Shown here one piece after another: positions 38,310 through 51,143 of a DNA stretch of 64,000 nt; position 1 is the first letter of the stretch, and every line of letters starts with the position of its first letter. A model generated the notes under the pieces. That model did no database searches. It was given only the letters and a program-made list of their open reading frames with translations, and was not told the DNA's origin. Source of the stretch: Pseudogymnoascus verrucosus (Eukaryota); NCBI GenBank assembly GCA_001662655.1, contig KV460215.1; one strand, given 5' to 3'. The position numbers and the translations under genes were made by a program.

Positions 38310-40612
38310 ATGACCAGCGGCATGGGAGGCTCGGTCGATCCTGAGACTCTCTATACGAAGCAGAATTGCATTGGTACGGCAGCATAGCTAATTATGCGTT
38401 TTGGAGCTCGTTGCTGACTATCTCCAGGCGGTGGGAGCTTTGGCAAAGTCTACAGAGGGTTAGCTGCCCCTCCGATTTACTATAAATTATATTTGCTAAC
38501 TCCGAGAAGTGTAGACAGACGCACCGGCCAGTCCGTCGCTATCAAGGTCATCGATGTCGAAAATGCCGAAGATGAGGTCGAGGATATCATACAGGAGATC
38601 TCGATTCTGTCGGAGCTCCACTCTCCCTATGTCACACAGTACCACGGCTCATATCTCAGGGGTTCGGATTTATGGATCATAATGGAGTTCTGTTCGGGTG
38701 GAAGTTGTGCGGACTTAATGAAGCCGGGCTCGATTCAGGAGGAGTACATATCGATCATCATACGGGAGCTGCTGATGGGGCTGGACTACCTGCATGGAGA
38801 TAAGAAGCTGCATAGAGATATCAAGGGTACGGATTCCATGCTGAAGGTTGAGATAATGGCTAATTTTATATCATAGCCGCCAACGTCCTCCTAGGTTCGA
38901 ACGGGCAGGTAAAACTGGCAGACTTCGGCGTTTCGGGGCAGCTCTCGGCCACCATGACGAAGAAGAACACGTTCGTTGGCACGCCATTCTGGATGGCCCC
39001 GGAAGTTATCAAGCAGTCGGGATACGACCATAAGGCGGATATCTGGTCGCTGGGGATTACTGCGTTGGAGTTAGCGAATGGGGAACCACCGTATTCCGAT
39101 ATTCATCCCATGAAGGTTCTGTTCTTGATCCCAAAGAACCCTCCGCCAAAGCTTGAGGGCAACTTCACGAAGGCGTTCAAGGAGTTTGTTGAGCTATGTT
39201 TACAGCGAGACCCGAGGGATCGGCCGTCGGCAAGGGACTTACTGAAGCATCCATTTGTACGCCGGGCGAAGAAGACTTCCTATCTTACGGAACTCATTGA
39301 ACGTCATGAGCGATGGGCAATGAACCACAAGAGCGATGCGGAAGACTCTGATGAGGAGCGAGACCAACCTCAACAAATGAGCCAGGAGAATGAAGACTTG
39401 TGGGATTTCGGTACTGTCCGGCCTGCTGGCGGGAAAGGGGGCAGTCGATTTGGTCTTGGCGCTATGGGAGAGTCTGCTACAAATGCCAGGTCTTCAAGGT
39501 CTTCTGAATCGGGCGACGACTACGCAGAGAGGCCGCGAGAACGGTCACCAACGAAAATGAAGGACTCTGGGTACATTTCCAGTGTCGATACGGTGAAGGC
39601 ACAGGTTCAAGGTGGAAGGCAAGTTTCACCACAGCGACGCCCTGTACCACCGATGCCACAGCAATCACCGTCCAAAGTCCCATTACCTCCCTCCCCTATA
39701 AAACCGTTGCCGCAGTTTCCACAAACACCGCGGACAGCATCCGTAGCACCATCGGAGGCAACCGATTCACCCGATTACGACGAGTCATTGCGCGAGCAGC
39801 TGCGCAAGGACATGGTCTTCCTAAACCTAGGCGCCACGCCGTCCCCGCAGCCACCCGCTCCACCACCGCGAAACATCGTGCTGCAGCCACCACAACCACC
39901 CCAGCTCCACCTCAACACACAACAACAACAACCATCCCCCACACGACCAACCGGCCAACAGCCACTCCCCCGCCTAACCCCCATGAAGCTCCCCGAAATC
40001 CCCCCCTTCCGCGGCGGCGGCGCAAAGCCCCTCCACAACTTCACGAACCAACCACAACCCGGCCCCTCCACCTCCAAACACCCTCCCTTCCCCCCAGCCA
40101 CCTCCCATAACCCGCCACAACTCCAAAATATCCCCCCGCCGCGGCAGCAGCAGCAGCAGCAGCAGCAGCCCGAGCTCATCCAGCCCGCGCCCGCCCTCCC
40201 GTCCAAACTCCTGAACAAGCAATCCGTCGACAGCCTCCGCTGCGACACGCCTCCCACCTTCCCCTCCCCGGCCCCCGAGTCCTCAGACGGCGAGCTCGAT
40301 GCGCTGAACCACGTCATCTTCCCGGCGCTGGAAGAGGCGCTCAAGCGGCGCGAGGTGCATCTGCAGCGGTGGCTGCATCGGAGTGCGGCGGGGAGTCCGA
40401 TCGCGACGCCGAAGACGCAGAGGGTGCAGGCGGGGCATGAACGGATTCGGAGGCTGGTGTTTAAGATTGCGAATCAGTTTAAGGAGATTGATCGGATTGA
40501 TCGGGAGGAGAGGGTGGGGATGGGGAAGGAGGTGGATGTTTTTCTGGAGGGGTTGCTGGAGGAGGTGTTGGTGAGGGTGGAGCCGTTGGAGGAGGAGGAG
40601 GAGGTGATGTGA
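38310..40612 (+). CDS. STE20-family GCK-III kinase (MST3/STK24-like; fungal MST-1 type)
   Basis: [26 protein letters not shown] and [18 protein letters not shown]-terminal LEGLLEEVL helix; three introns. Confidence 0.93.
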
Positions 40613-41321
40613 TGGGCGCGGGGGGGGGTGGTTTTATGAATACCCGTGATGATGAGGTTATGCTTGTGATATGATGGTTAGAAATGGGAGTGGGCTTGGG
40701 TGGGATGGGGGGTGGGATAGATGGATGGGGTTGGGTTTGGCGTCGGCAGGGGGGTTATGGGCGTCGAGGGCATTTTAGCCATGTGTGTTGACGGATTCGC
40801 ATTGTTGGGGCACTCTTCCACCCCCCGTTTTTTTTGTTATGTTGGATTGGGAATGGGGAGACCTTGGTGCGCTTTTTAGAGATAGGAGGGATGGGATGAG
40901 GTAGATGGGAAATGAAGAATTGAGACATGAGGAAAGTAGACAATGAAGAACTTAGCGGCTTGTTTGTTTGATCTTGATCTTGTTATAAGCATATATGCTG
41001 CGGTTTATAATGGAGCGTGACCGTGACAATCGTAGATCTCGGGTGTGCTATTCCAGGCAAAAACAACACAACACATACCGTCAAACTACGCTATAAAACT
41101 ACGCCATAAAAACCGTACGTGGATGTTTAAGAAAGGTTTATTGTGTATGTAGGTAATTTCTTATATGACCAATCTCGCACATCCAACCCCCCTCCATCCC
41201 GTACCCCCCACCCCTAATTCATTTCCCAAACGTATATCGCTGGTACGGTCTATCTCTAAACTCATCGAACGATTCTATATATACACTCTCACTGTCGTCC
41301 CCGGAATGGCATCAAGCCACT

Positions 41322-42677
41322 TTACATCTTATCGAGGACCGCGCGGGTGAACTCGTTCGTGGTGCTGTTACCGCCCATGTCGCGGGTGCGGACTTGTCTA
41401 AGCACAGAGTTAGCAAGAGTGTGGTAAATAGGAAGGGGAAGGGTGAAACATACCCTGCAGCAATAACATCGTACACAGCCTTGGAGATGCGGTTGGCGTG
41501 CTCATCAAGACCAAGGTGTCTCAGCATCATGGCGCCGGAGAGCAACATGGCAGTTGGGTTAGCCTGGTCCTTGCCCTTGATATCAAGACCGACGTGACGG
41601 CATCCGGGCTCGAAGACAGCGACATCACGACCCATGTTGCAACCGGGAACGATACCGGGGCCACCGACGAGGGCAGCGCCGACGTTGGACAAAATGCCTC
41701 CGTAAAGGTTGGGCATGACCATGACGTCGAACTGCTGTGGGCGGGAGACACACTGCATGGAAGCGTTGTCGACGATCATGTCGCTGGACTCGAGGGTGGG
41801 GAACTCCTTGGCGACGGCGTTGAAGGTGTTGCGGAACAGTCCGTCGGCAAGCTTCATGATGTTGGCCTTGTGGATACAGGTGACCTTCTTGCGGTTGTTT
41901 GCGAGGGCGAAGCTGAAAGCAAACTTGGCGATGCGCTCAGACTTGGCGCGGGTGATGATCTTGAGCGACTCCACGACGCCGGGGACGGACTGGTGCTCCA
42001 GGCCGGAGTACTCGCCCTCGGTGTTCTCGCGGATGATGGCGAAGTCGACGTTCTTGTGGCGGGTCTCGTAGCCGGGGATGTTCTTGATCAGGACGACCGA
42101 GGCGTAGATGTCGAGCTCCTGGCGGAGAGCGACGTTGAAGGACTGGTGGCCGGAGCGTTCGACGGGGGTGTGGAGAATGCCCTTGAGGCCGATCTTGTTG
42201 CGCTTCAGGGAGGCGATGGACTCGCGGAAGAGCTCCTCGGAGTGCTTTCTTCCGGACTCGAGACCGGAGACATCGACTTGCTCCCACTCAATGGGGACGT
42301 TGTCGGCCTTGAAGACGGTCTTCACGGATTCTGTGATCTCGGCTCCGATACCATCACCTGGGATGAGGGTAACTGTGTATTTGGAGCCATACTTGGTAGG
42401 CTGGCGGAGTGAATTGGTAAGCAAGTGGCCTCTTGACGACGTAGGGATCGAGTTCTAGTACCTTGAAGATATCACTCTGCACGCTTGCGAAAGACCTGCG
42501 GATCTCAGCAGAGGTGCTCGACGACGCGGAAGTGGCGTTCCTCACAAGGCCCTGATAAGAGACGAAACGTTAGCCACAGAAGTTGATTTGCGCGATTTTC
42601 ACGCCATTGCCAATGGTTGAAGGGCAGAAATCAGAATTGCTTACTTGCGCCGAGCGAGCAGAGCTTCGGGACAGCAT
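41322..42677 (-). CDS. IDH1: NAD-dependent isocitrate dehydrogenase, regulatory subunit 1
   Basis: VTLIPGDGIG, RENTEGEY, PNLYG, and EPGCRHVGLDIKG (IDH1-type). Multi-exon with a presequence. Confidence 0.95.
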
Positions 42678-43377
42678 GTCGCAGGTGGTAGAAAGAGGGT
42701 TTGGGTAGGAATGTTGAACTGGCAATCTCTTGCTCCGGATGACCGCGTGAAAAGTAGTTACAGCCTTGGATATCCCGCAGTCGCTTAGTAGTTGGAGAAA
42801 TCGTCACGTGTTGGGGTTGGCGCCTGTCAAGAACAACGTAAACTCATTGGCGTAAAATTCTTGGCGATGGCAACGTTCCTTTCGTCCATTTTTAGAGGCA
42901 ATCCACATTTTTCACGAGAAATATGATAAGAGTGGGAAAAGTGGGAGTAAAACATATAAATAATAAGCAATTTAAACTTTCACACCAAGGTAAGCTTATT
43001 TATTTGTTTATGTCACAATAATCGCAAATCACAATTATCATTTTCAATTCAAGAAGAAAAAAGCAATAGAGCCAAGCAGGTCAATTATAGACTTCAATCT
43101 ATATACATGGCTCTTTGATAACAGACTTGTGCTACCCCAATATTAGCAACAATTTTACTACAAGTTAAACCAATAATGAGCGTTCTCTTGCGAGGGCACC
43201 CATATAAAATAAAGCCAGCCACTTTTTATTTTGAGGTGTTGGGCCGACATGCACACACTCCCTCAATTAAGCACCAGAAGCCTGGCGCCGCGGATGATGG
43301 AGCTGGCGAAAGAAATAAAACGACCTGCGTACGAAACTGCAAAAATATATCCGTAGATTTACGGTATGAGTGGAAGA

Positions 43378-43630
43378 TCAAGCTCCAATGGGCACGCATC
43401 TGGGATCGGTTTGGTGACAGTCGTAAGGCTCGTCTGCATGACAGGCCATGAGGCAAGTCAGATACCTAAAATGAATCCATGGCCGCGTATCGGTGGGAGG
43501 AGTAGTGGTTGGTGTGGCGACTGGGGTAGTAGTAGTAGTGCGAGCAGTAGTAGTGGGAGTAGTAGTAGTTGGAGTAGTAGTAGCGGGGGGGCGATAAGGC
43601 CGATTAATTCCCTGAAAATCCCGTTTTCCC
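43378..43630 (-). CDS. Putative alternative terminal exon of ppg1 (GKR, Thr-rich tract, 4-Cys peptide)
   Basis: Donor GTAAGT at 43689 overlaps the stop codon; TACTAAC branch point; CAG acceptor at 43631. The spliced product is in frame. Confidence 0.5.
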
Positions 43631-43685
43631 CTGAGAAGACAGTTAGTATCAGCCAATGCACAGAGGAACATGGTAAGCTTACAAC

Positions 43686-44432
43686 TTACAAGCTCGCAAG
43701 AGCCTCTGCAGCAGCCTCGGCAAGGGCATTCGCCTCACGCTTAGCCTTGCCGCATGGCTGACCGGGGCGCCAGCAGATAGCTTCGGCAGCGGCCTCAGCA
43801 TCACGCTTAGCTTTGCCACATGGCTGGCCAGGACGCCAGCAGATGGGCTCGGGGGCGGCCTCGGCGAGAGCAGATGCAATAGCCTCAGCGGCGCGCTTAA
43901 CTTTGCCACATGGCTGGCCAGGGCGCCAGCAGATAGCCTCGGCCTCGCGCTTGAGTTTCTCGTCAACGGGCTCAGCTACAGTTATGTCAGCATTGGTCTC
44001 CTTGGAAGATATAGGGGAAGGGGTGAACATACCCTCGGCAACGGCCTCTGGCTCTGGGAACGCCTCACGGATGGCGAGCTTATCGAAGAATGCCCCAGCC
44101 TCGGGATTGGCATTGGCAACGGCATGAGCGAGCGCCAAAGCAGCGCGCTTGGCTTTGCCGCACGGCTGGCCTGGACGCCAGCAGATGGCAGCAGCTTCGG
44201 CCTCGGCCTCGGCCTCACGCTTGACCTTGCCGCATGGCTGACCTGGACGCCAGCAGATTGGCTCGGCAATGGGCTCAGCGATGGCTTCGGCGAAGGCCTC
44301 GGCGGCGCGCTTGACTTTGCCGCAGGGCTGGCCGGGGCGCCAGCAGATTGGCTCGGGCTCGGCGACGGCGATGGCGGCGGAGTTGGCGCCCACCACGAGG
44401 ATGGCGAGGCAGAGGTTGGCGAGATACTTCAT
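43686..44432 (-). CDS. ppg1: Alpha-factor-like mating pheromone precursor with six copies of ICWRPGQPC(G)
   Basis: Signal peptide, X-Ala/X-Pro Ste13 spacers and Kex2 KR sites. Intron 44032-43976. Confidence 0.95.
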   Translation of the reverse strand: MKYLANLCLAILVVGANSAAIAVAEPEPICWRPGQPCGKVKRAAEAFAEAIAEPIAEPICWRPGQPCGKVKREAEAEAEAAAICWRPGQPCGKAKRAALALAHAVANANPEAGAFFDKLAIREAFPEPEAVAEGMFTPSPISSKETNADITVAEPVDEKLKREAEAICWRPGQPCGKVKRAAEAIASALAEAAPEPICWRPGQPCGKAKRDAEAAAEAICWRPGQPCGKAKREANALAEAAAEALASL

Positions 44433-45898
44433 GGTGTCGGGTGGTGGGGTGGTGGCGATGGGCTATGTGTTTGGATATGAATATTTGCCTGTCACGCAGT
44501 GACAGATTGAATTGCTGTTTATTTGGTAGAAGTGAAGATGTTAGATGTGATACAAGAAAGCCGGAAGTAGAGGAGATATCGAGTCCTTATATGCATTTTC
44601 GACAGCATGGCAATGGGTCCTGTCGATGTGACTGTTTGAAAGAATGAAGTGTGACTGAAGACTGAGGAAAGGGTTGGCGGTGTGTGCCATGGATCGTGGC
44701 TTTGTCAATTCCCAATCCATCCATCAATACGCCCCTCACAACGCAGGGCAGTAGTGCACATTCCATCGCGGCGGACAGACACAGACCCTGATCGGCTGCA
44801 ACATAAAGCAAGTGTAGGGACACCCTTAGCTGCCAGCAAGGGACATATCAAAAGATCTGCTCGGAGGCGCTCTAGAACAACGGCAAGTCGGATGGTAGGT
44901 GAGTAGTCGCACTGGTCCCAAGAGGCCCCTGAGCGTATCAGCATCGAGAGAATCCGACAGGAGTCCGAACAACATTTCTTGCAACATACCTCTTTCGGAC
45001 CCGAACAAACGGATATCAACTTCAATAATCGACGGAACCACACCCTCTGTTCAGTAGTGGCGTCGTTTAATGAGCTCCGGGCCCCGGCCCCCTGCACACG
45101 CGCTCTCCTTCTAGCCCATCAACCATAGAACAAGGCCACTCAAGCGTAGAGGCATCATGGGACACGTACCCTGCGTTGTGGTGATCGATGGAGGATAAAG
45201 ACTAAAAATGACAAGCTTGGAAAGGCTCTCATCTACGATCGACCATCGCGCGCGATCGAGCGTTGGATCTTTGTGCTTGGGTTGGCTGAGGGTGTGTTGA
45301 GGGGTGCGCTAAGCCGGATTCTTTTGATACCCCGATTAGGAAATTCTGAGGCTAAGCGAGGTTTTTTGGCGGATGCGCCTGGGGAAGGAACGCAGGGTCT
45401 CAAAGAGAGGTGATGAGTGGCTTTTTGGCGGTCTGAGGGACGGGATGTAGGGGATTGTCGAGGGGAGCTGTCGGCTGATGTGCCGTGTTGTGTTGTGTTG
45501 TGTTGTGTTGGGGCTGCAGGTGAGTAAGCTTTGGGATAGGGGACCAGTGACTGTTCTTGGTAGCTCGAGGCGATTACCACGGCTCTGTGGAATGCGAAGC
45601 TGACTTGTTTGAGGCACTCGTTGCTTGTCTTTGGGCAGTGGTCCGACGGATTTCGGGATGTCGTCGCCGCCTAGAATTCGCCAATTGTCGGATGAGGCAC
45701 ATAAGGCGCAAGGAACAGGGGACCTGTTTAGGGCGTCTTGTTCTCTGCATCAGCCACCACGCAAGAGCCCATCGAGTACCAGACTTCGATAATACTGGGA
45801 CAAAGGCCGAGTCGTGCTGAGTGGTGGGATGAACAGTCGTTGAGATGCGACGCTGAACAGAAACAGCAATAACCTCCGTTTGGGCAACAACACGGCTG

Positions 45899-45988
45899 GG
45901 CTGAATAGACAACTTGTTCTCCCGCATCAATAACAACAACACAAAAGCCGGCGCTGAACAGACAACTTGTTCTCCGCATCACTAACAC
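45899..45988. repeat. Direct repeat of about 38 bp, two copies, upstream of ppg1
   Basis: gctgaa(t/c)agacaacttgttctcc(c)gcatca(a/c)taaca occurs twice. A partial third copy, cttgttctctgcatca, lies near 45737. Confidence 0.75.
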
Positions 45989-46339
45989 ACCTCCGAGAAC
46001 TCCTCAAGTACCAGACTTGGAATTCAGCGGGCCAAACGACCCCGAGACTCGAGTTTTCTGACTCCTCGACATGTTGGCCAGTATTGTGACTATCTTCACC
46101 CTATCTTGCTCCTTGATTTGTGACTATCTTCAATTCTTTTGTTGGATCCTGTCTCAAAGACATGTGAATCCCATCATCAGGCCGCAGGTGCCTGAGTCAA
46201 CTCAGTAAGGGAAGTCAGGTGGTATGGTAATCTCGGTGTGGAGAGGAGGCCAACAGCCTGCTTACGTTGACCCCTGGCTGAGCCACCCCGAGTCTCCCCC
46301 ACACCACACCGGTCACACGGCTGGAGGGACACACGGGAT

Positions 46340-47475
46340 GTTCAGGTTCATTCAGGAACAGACCCCCCTTTCCAGAAGATCTTGTGTTAGGCGAAGGTTG
46401 AGTGAGATCCTGCACGTAGGTTCATGCCTCAGACCTTGATCCATAGACGCCGTTTGTTCACCCCCTACCGCACGGAGAAAACAATAAACCCCCATCCTGT
46501 ATGACCCTGTGTTGGGTGATCCCGCACGAAGTTCCCGTCTCAATGCCCCTCAATGATACCCACCATTTAGACCCTGCGCTGATATCCTGCACGAAGATCA
46601 CCCCTCGATCAATACACAACCTGTCGCCCCTTCCTCAAAACAAACGCTGGCCTTGAGAGATACTGCACGCAGCTCACCCCCGTTTAGAAAGACCCTGTGC
46701 TGAGATCCCGCACGAAAATCAGCCCTCACCCCCTGGTCAATACACTACTCATCACCACCTCCACGAAACAAACGCCAGCCTAGACAGATCCTGCACGCAG
46801 TTCACAAAGACTCTGCACTGAGATCCCGCACGAACGCCCCTCAGCCCTCGATCAATACACAACCTGTCAACCCCTCCAACAATAAACGACAGTCGCGAGA
46901 GCTCCACGTCTCAATAAACCCACCTCCCGTTTAAAACAACCTTGCGTTGAGATCCTGCATGACGATCGGAACTCCAACAAAACCCCTATTCTGTCTGATA
47001 TGACCCTGCGTTGGGAGGCTGAGTGAGATGATGCAGGAGATGTTCATGCCTCGGCTTTTGATCTAGAACTTTGGCCCTTGACCCTTGGTCTATAGAGACT
47101 GTTTGATATTATTTGATGCAGGTACCGCTAGGGTCGAGAGATGCTGCATCGAGTTCATGTCTCAACAGAACCCCTTTTTTCTGTAAGACCTCGTGTTGGA
47201 AAGTTGAGTGAGATCATACACGACGTTCACATCTTGCCCTTGATCCATACAACACTGTTGTGATCACCAGAACCCAAGAAAACTGCAGCCTTGAGAGATC
47301 CTCCACCGACTTCATGTCTCGACAGAACACCCCTTTCCGAAAAAACTTGACTTGGCAGATTCTGCTCAGCATTCACACCTCCGCCCTTGATTCATAGTCA
47401 CCACTTGCCACACCCCCATTGAGGAAGCGCAGGCTCTGAGAGATCCTACGCAAAATTCACACCACTCCCTTGATC
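46340..47475 (+). repeat. Complex degenerate array with a GAGATCCTGCACG-like core
   Basis: About 14 same-orientation cores, organised in higher-order units of about 120 bp and 150-190 bp. Confidence 0.8.
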
Positions 47476-47600
47476 CACGAATACATTCTCGTATCACCTG
47501 ACGCAGGAAACGCCGGCCTTGAATATTACTCCATAAGCGCTCTTCTACCTTGGCACCTCTATAGTACAAGGCAACATAATTTCTCCTCCCTTCATCCCCC

Positions 47601-48648
47601 TTACTCCTCCATCTTATCCCCCTCCTCCCCCTCCTTCTTCTCCTCATCCTCATCCTCCCCCTCCAGCGCCTCCTTCGCCGCCTTCTCCGCCTCCGCCAGC
47701 AACTCCCTCGGCACCTCCTCATGCCTCCCCTTCGTCGGCCCATCCAGCGCACTAATCCACGTCATCTCAAGCTCAAACTCCTTATCCTTATTCTCCTCAT
47801 GCGCCACGTAGATAATCCTCGCCGCCTCCTTGACTCCATCCGCCAAACTCAACGTGCCAGCCGCAAGATCAAGCTTCTCCAGCTCAGCCTTCGCGCTCTG
47901 TCGTCCCTTCCCTGTAGCAGCACCGTAGTACCCCCAGTACTGTCCGCTGGGCTCAATCATGTACAGCGCGGGTCCGCCGTACGTCTTTCCCTCTGCCTTG
48001 CCGCCGGCGCCGGAGGCGGGTCCGTCGCCAACTTGCCCGTCGACGGGGAGCTCGACTTCGGAGTCCCAGCCGCCGAGGATGGCGGTGATGCCGAAGGGGC
48101 GCACGGAGGAGTACAGGGTGTAGGCTTGGAGGTAGCCGCCCATGCGGCTGGCGAGGTCGGCAGTCGAGATGGGCGCCTTGTAGACTTCGCGCCACGAGGC
48201 CGCTTCGTCGCGGGCGCGCGACGTGAAGTGGCGTCCGTCGGGTACTAAGCCTGACGAGACCTGGAATAGTTAGTATATATATTTCTTAGCCGCGGTTCAT
48301 ATAAAGGACATACAGCTCCCATGTGTCTATCGATGGTGGCGATGCGTTTGTTGGCTTCTGGCTTCAGCAGCTTGGATGTGACGAGCTTCTCGACGGCGAG
48401 GACGACGCCGTCCTTGCAGCGGATGCCGATGGAGGTGCCGCCATTCTCGACAGCCTTGACGGCATATTCGACCTGGAAGTTGCGGCCGTCGGGGGAGAAG
48501 ACGGAGTTCTGGAGATCGTAACCCGTCCCTATCGAGGTCTGGAAGCTTCAGGTCAGTATATATATCTCCCGTTTGTGTCTGTGATCATCGTGGCATGGGG
48601 TTGCGGGAAGCTAGGGTGAAGGGCGGTGGGGAGGGACTGGCTGACCAT
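47601..48648 (-). CDS. PRE10: 20S proteasome subunit alpha-7
   Basis: ATG-only first exon, then [51 protein letters not shown] and an acidic tail. Confidence 0.96.
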
Positions 48649-49470
48649 GATGTGCAGATGGTGGGGGGGAGGAGTAGATCTGCTTGTGGGTTGTAGATTG
48701 TGATGATTGAGTGAATTAGATGGAGTGTAGTTGTTTTGAGAGAGCTCGGGTTTGGAGGTGAGCTTCTTGATGGAGCTCCAGGCACACAGCTCGATGCGCG
48801 TTGTCTGGCGAATGGATCTCGACTGATGCGCTAGAGTTGAGTTGGACTAGCGCAGCCTTGTGGAGCTCTGTGGCTGGTGAGGTGAGGCTGAGGTTGATGT
48901 GAGGCTGGGTGGGTGGATCACGTGATAATTTTATGTGTTATACGCATATGTATAAAAAGTATAACATTATGATATGCATAATAGAGTCGTCTACATAACT
49001 TTCTACTTGCATCCTCATCCTTGTATTGCTCTTCTTCTTCTTCTTTTGTTCGTAACGGCTTCGGTCGCATGGCACACAACTACAAACACTACAAACGCCA
49101 TGAAGCGCTATAAACGTCATGCCTCCATCCCACGCGCGTACTCTTTTGTATCTATTCACTCTATTCGCCCCATACGTGAGTATCATTTTCTAGCCCCTTA
49201 CACACACTCTCCATATATATTTCGATATATATATTTCCATGTATATCCCCATATATATACATACCCAAACTAGATCAACAAACATCCACTCCTAACCTCG
49301 TACTTCCAAAAAGGAAGCAGATGTACCCAGTGAGTGGAATCAGACGCAAGCCTGCCAGTCGTGTCGCCAAGTCATTGGGAGCAATTATGAGTATTGGGTG
49401 CAAAACTGCCTGAACAAGTGGAACGCTAATGCTCATTAATGCCTATTAACTCCTACAAAAACCTATGAAT

Positions 49471-49522
49471 TCCTAGACTATCCTAGACTATCCTGCCTAT
49501 CCTGCCTATCCTGCCTATCCTA
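49471..49522. repeat. 9-10-bp minisatellite: (cctagactat)2 then (cctgcctat)3
   Basis: Directly visible in the sequence. Confidence 0.85.
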
Positions 49523-50279
49523 CCTCATCCTGTCGTCGCTTCCACCGTTTCAACGCAAGCCATAAATCAAAAAAGGAGGGGTACGCAATCGTGACAAGCC
49601 AGTACAAAGGGCCGCCTATCCCACTCATCCCACCACACCCAACCATCCCTGAACTTCTAATATATAATCTCCCAACCCAACAACCCCTCCCTCATCTCTC
49701 CTCTCACCAAAACTCTTCTCTTCCTCCTTAATAACTCTCAACGAACAACTCTTCTTTGGCTTCATTCACATCTTGCAAAGCTACAAATACACGCTGCGGA
49801 TCTCTCCTCTGCTTTGTCTGGCCCACTTTCTTGGCCCTTCCCCGCTGTCACACCGCTCGCATCTTCTCTTTCTCCATATCCACCCCACCTGCCGTCCTGA
49901 AACTCTGAGCCTGACTCTTGCTTCCCTTCCGTCGCACATACTCTCAAGTATATAGCATAGTCAAAATACAAAAAGAAAACCCAAAAAAGAAAACAAAGAA
50001 TCTTGCTTCGTTCCAAAGTCCGCTGCGCTCAGCTCTTTGCGTCTCGTCATCACTTTGCACACACACATCTAACATACCAGATCTGCTGGAAACCACACAG
50101 GGCTACACTTCATATCTGCTGTCTCCATCCCATATCTCTCACATCGCTCTTCTACTCCCTCACAAAGCAAGTCTGCACACATCCCCCGCTGCGCACCACC
50201 CACAAGGTCAGCATCCAAATACATATTGTTCACCCTACTGATCCTCCCCTCACAGGCTCACCAGCCACAGCCATCCACC

Positions 50280-51143
50280 ATGGCAGCAACGCAAGAAGAG
50301 CTCTCCGCCCTCTTCTCCCGCACCCTCTCCTTTCAACCCCCTGCTCCCGCCCCCGCACCAATCCACCAAACCACCCCACCGAGCGAAGCAATCACCTACT
50401 CCATAACGCAACACTACCACCACTCCTCGCACATCGCCTCCCAACCCGCCCCCGCCCCGGCCCCAGCACAAACTACCGACGACCACACAACATCCATAAT
50501 CCTCTCCCGCCACGGCGTCGACGTCTCCTCCCTCTTCCCTTCCCAAATCGCGCTCTTCCAATCCGCGGAGCCGGCACAACAAATGCGTCTCGTGGAACTC
50601 TGGCGTATTTCCCCGCCTACATACGGCGGACATGCTCTAGCGGCAGAGCAGCCGGCGTGGCCGGTTACGAGCGTCGCGCAGGAGGAGGCTGCCGCGCAGG
50701 CGAGGTATGAGCGCGCTATGCTTGAGGAGAGGGCTGCGAGGCATAACTCTATGGAGGTGGGAGGTGACGACGTGATGAGTGATGGGGAAGTGAGTAACAC
50801 CCCACTAACTCCCATTCTCGGCGGTGGAGATGGTCGCGGGGTTAGTGCGGTGGAGCCATACATGGCGTCTGGATACGAGGCGTTAGCAGCGCGGGAGTAT
50901 GAGATTTCGGCCCAGCAGCCGGCGAAGGATGCGTATTCGCATTTTGGGACGGCGATGGGCGGGGCGCCAACAGTGGCGTATAGTAGGGCGACGGATCCGG
51001 TGTATGCGGCGGCAGGGGCGGGGTGGGCGACGAGGGGCGAGCAGGAACAGAGGGCTGCGATGGAGGATGCGTATGGGGGGTTTGTGCAGAGGGGGTATGG
51101 GGGGGTGTGTTTTGGGTATACGGGGGATCAGGAGATGTTGTAG
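50280..51143 (+). CDS. Uncharacterised fungal protein
   Basis: ATG in good context (caccATGG). Contains ordered blocks YSITQHYHHSSH, ILSRHGVDVSSLFPSQIALF..RLVELWRISPP and EPYMASGYE. Confidence 0.75.
   Translation: MAATQEELSALFSRTLSFQPPAPAPAPIHQTTPPSEAITYSITQHYHHSSHIASQPAPAPAPAQTTDDHTTSIILSRHGVDVSSLFPSQIALFQSAEPAQQMRLVELWRISPPTYGGHALAAEQPAWPVTSVAQEEAAAQARYERAMLEERAARHNSMEVGGDDVMSDGEVSNTPLTPILGGGDGRGVSAVEPYMASGYEALAAREYEISAQQPAKDAYSHFGTAMGGAPTVAYSRATDPVYAAAGAGWATRGEQEQRAAMEDAYGGFVQRGYGGVCFGYTGDQEML

Noticed and set aside
46340..47475. CRISPR-like interpretation of the core/spacer array
   Set aside because: Eukaryotic context, degenerate cores, irregular spacing, spacers related to each other, and no cas genes.
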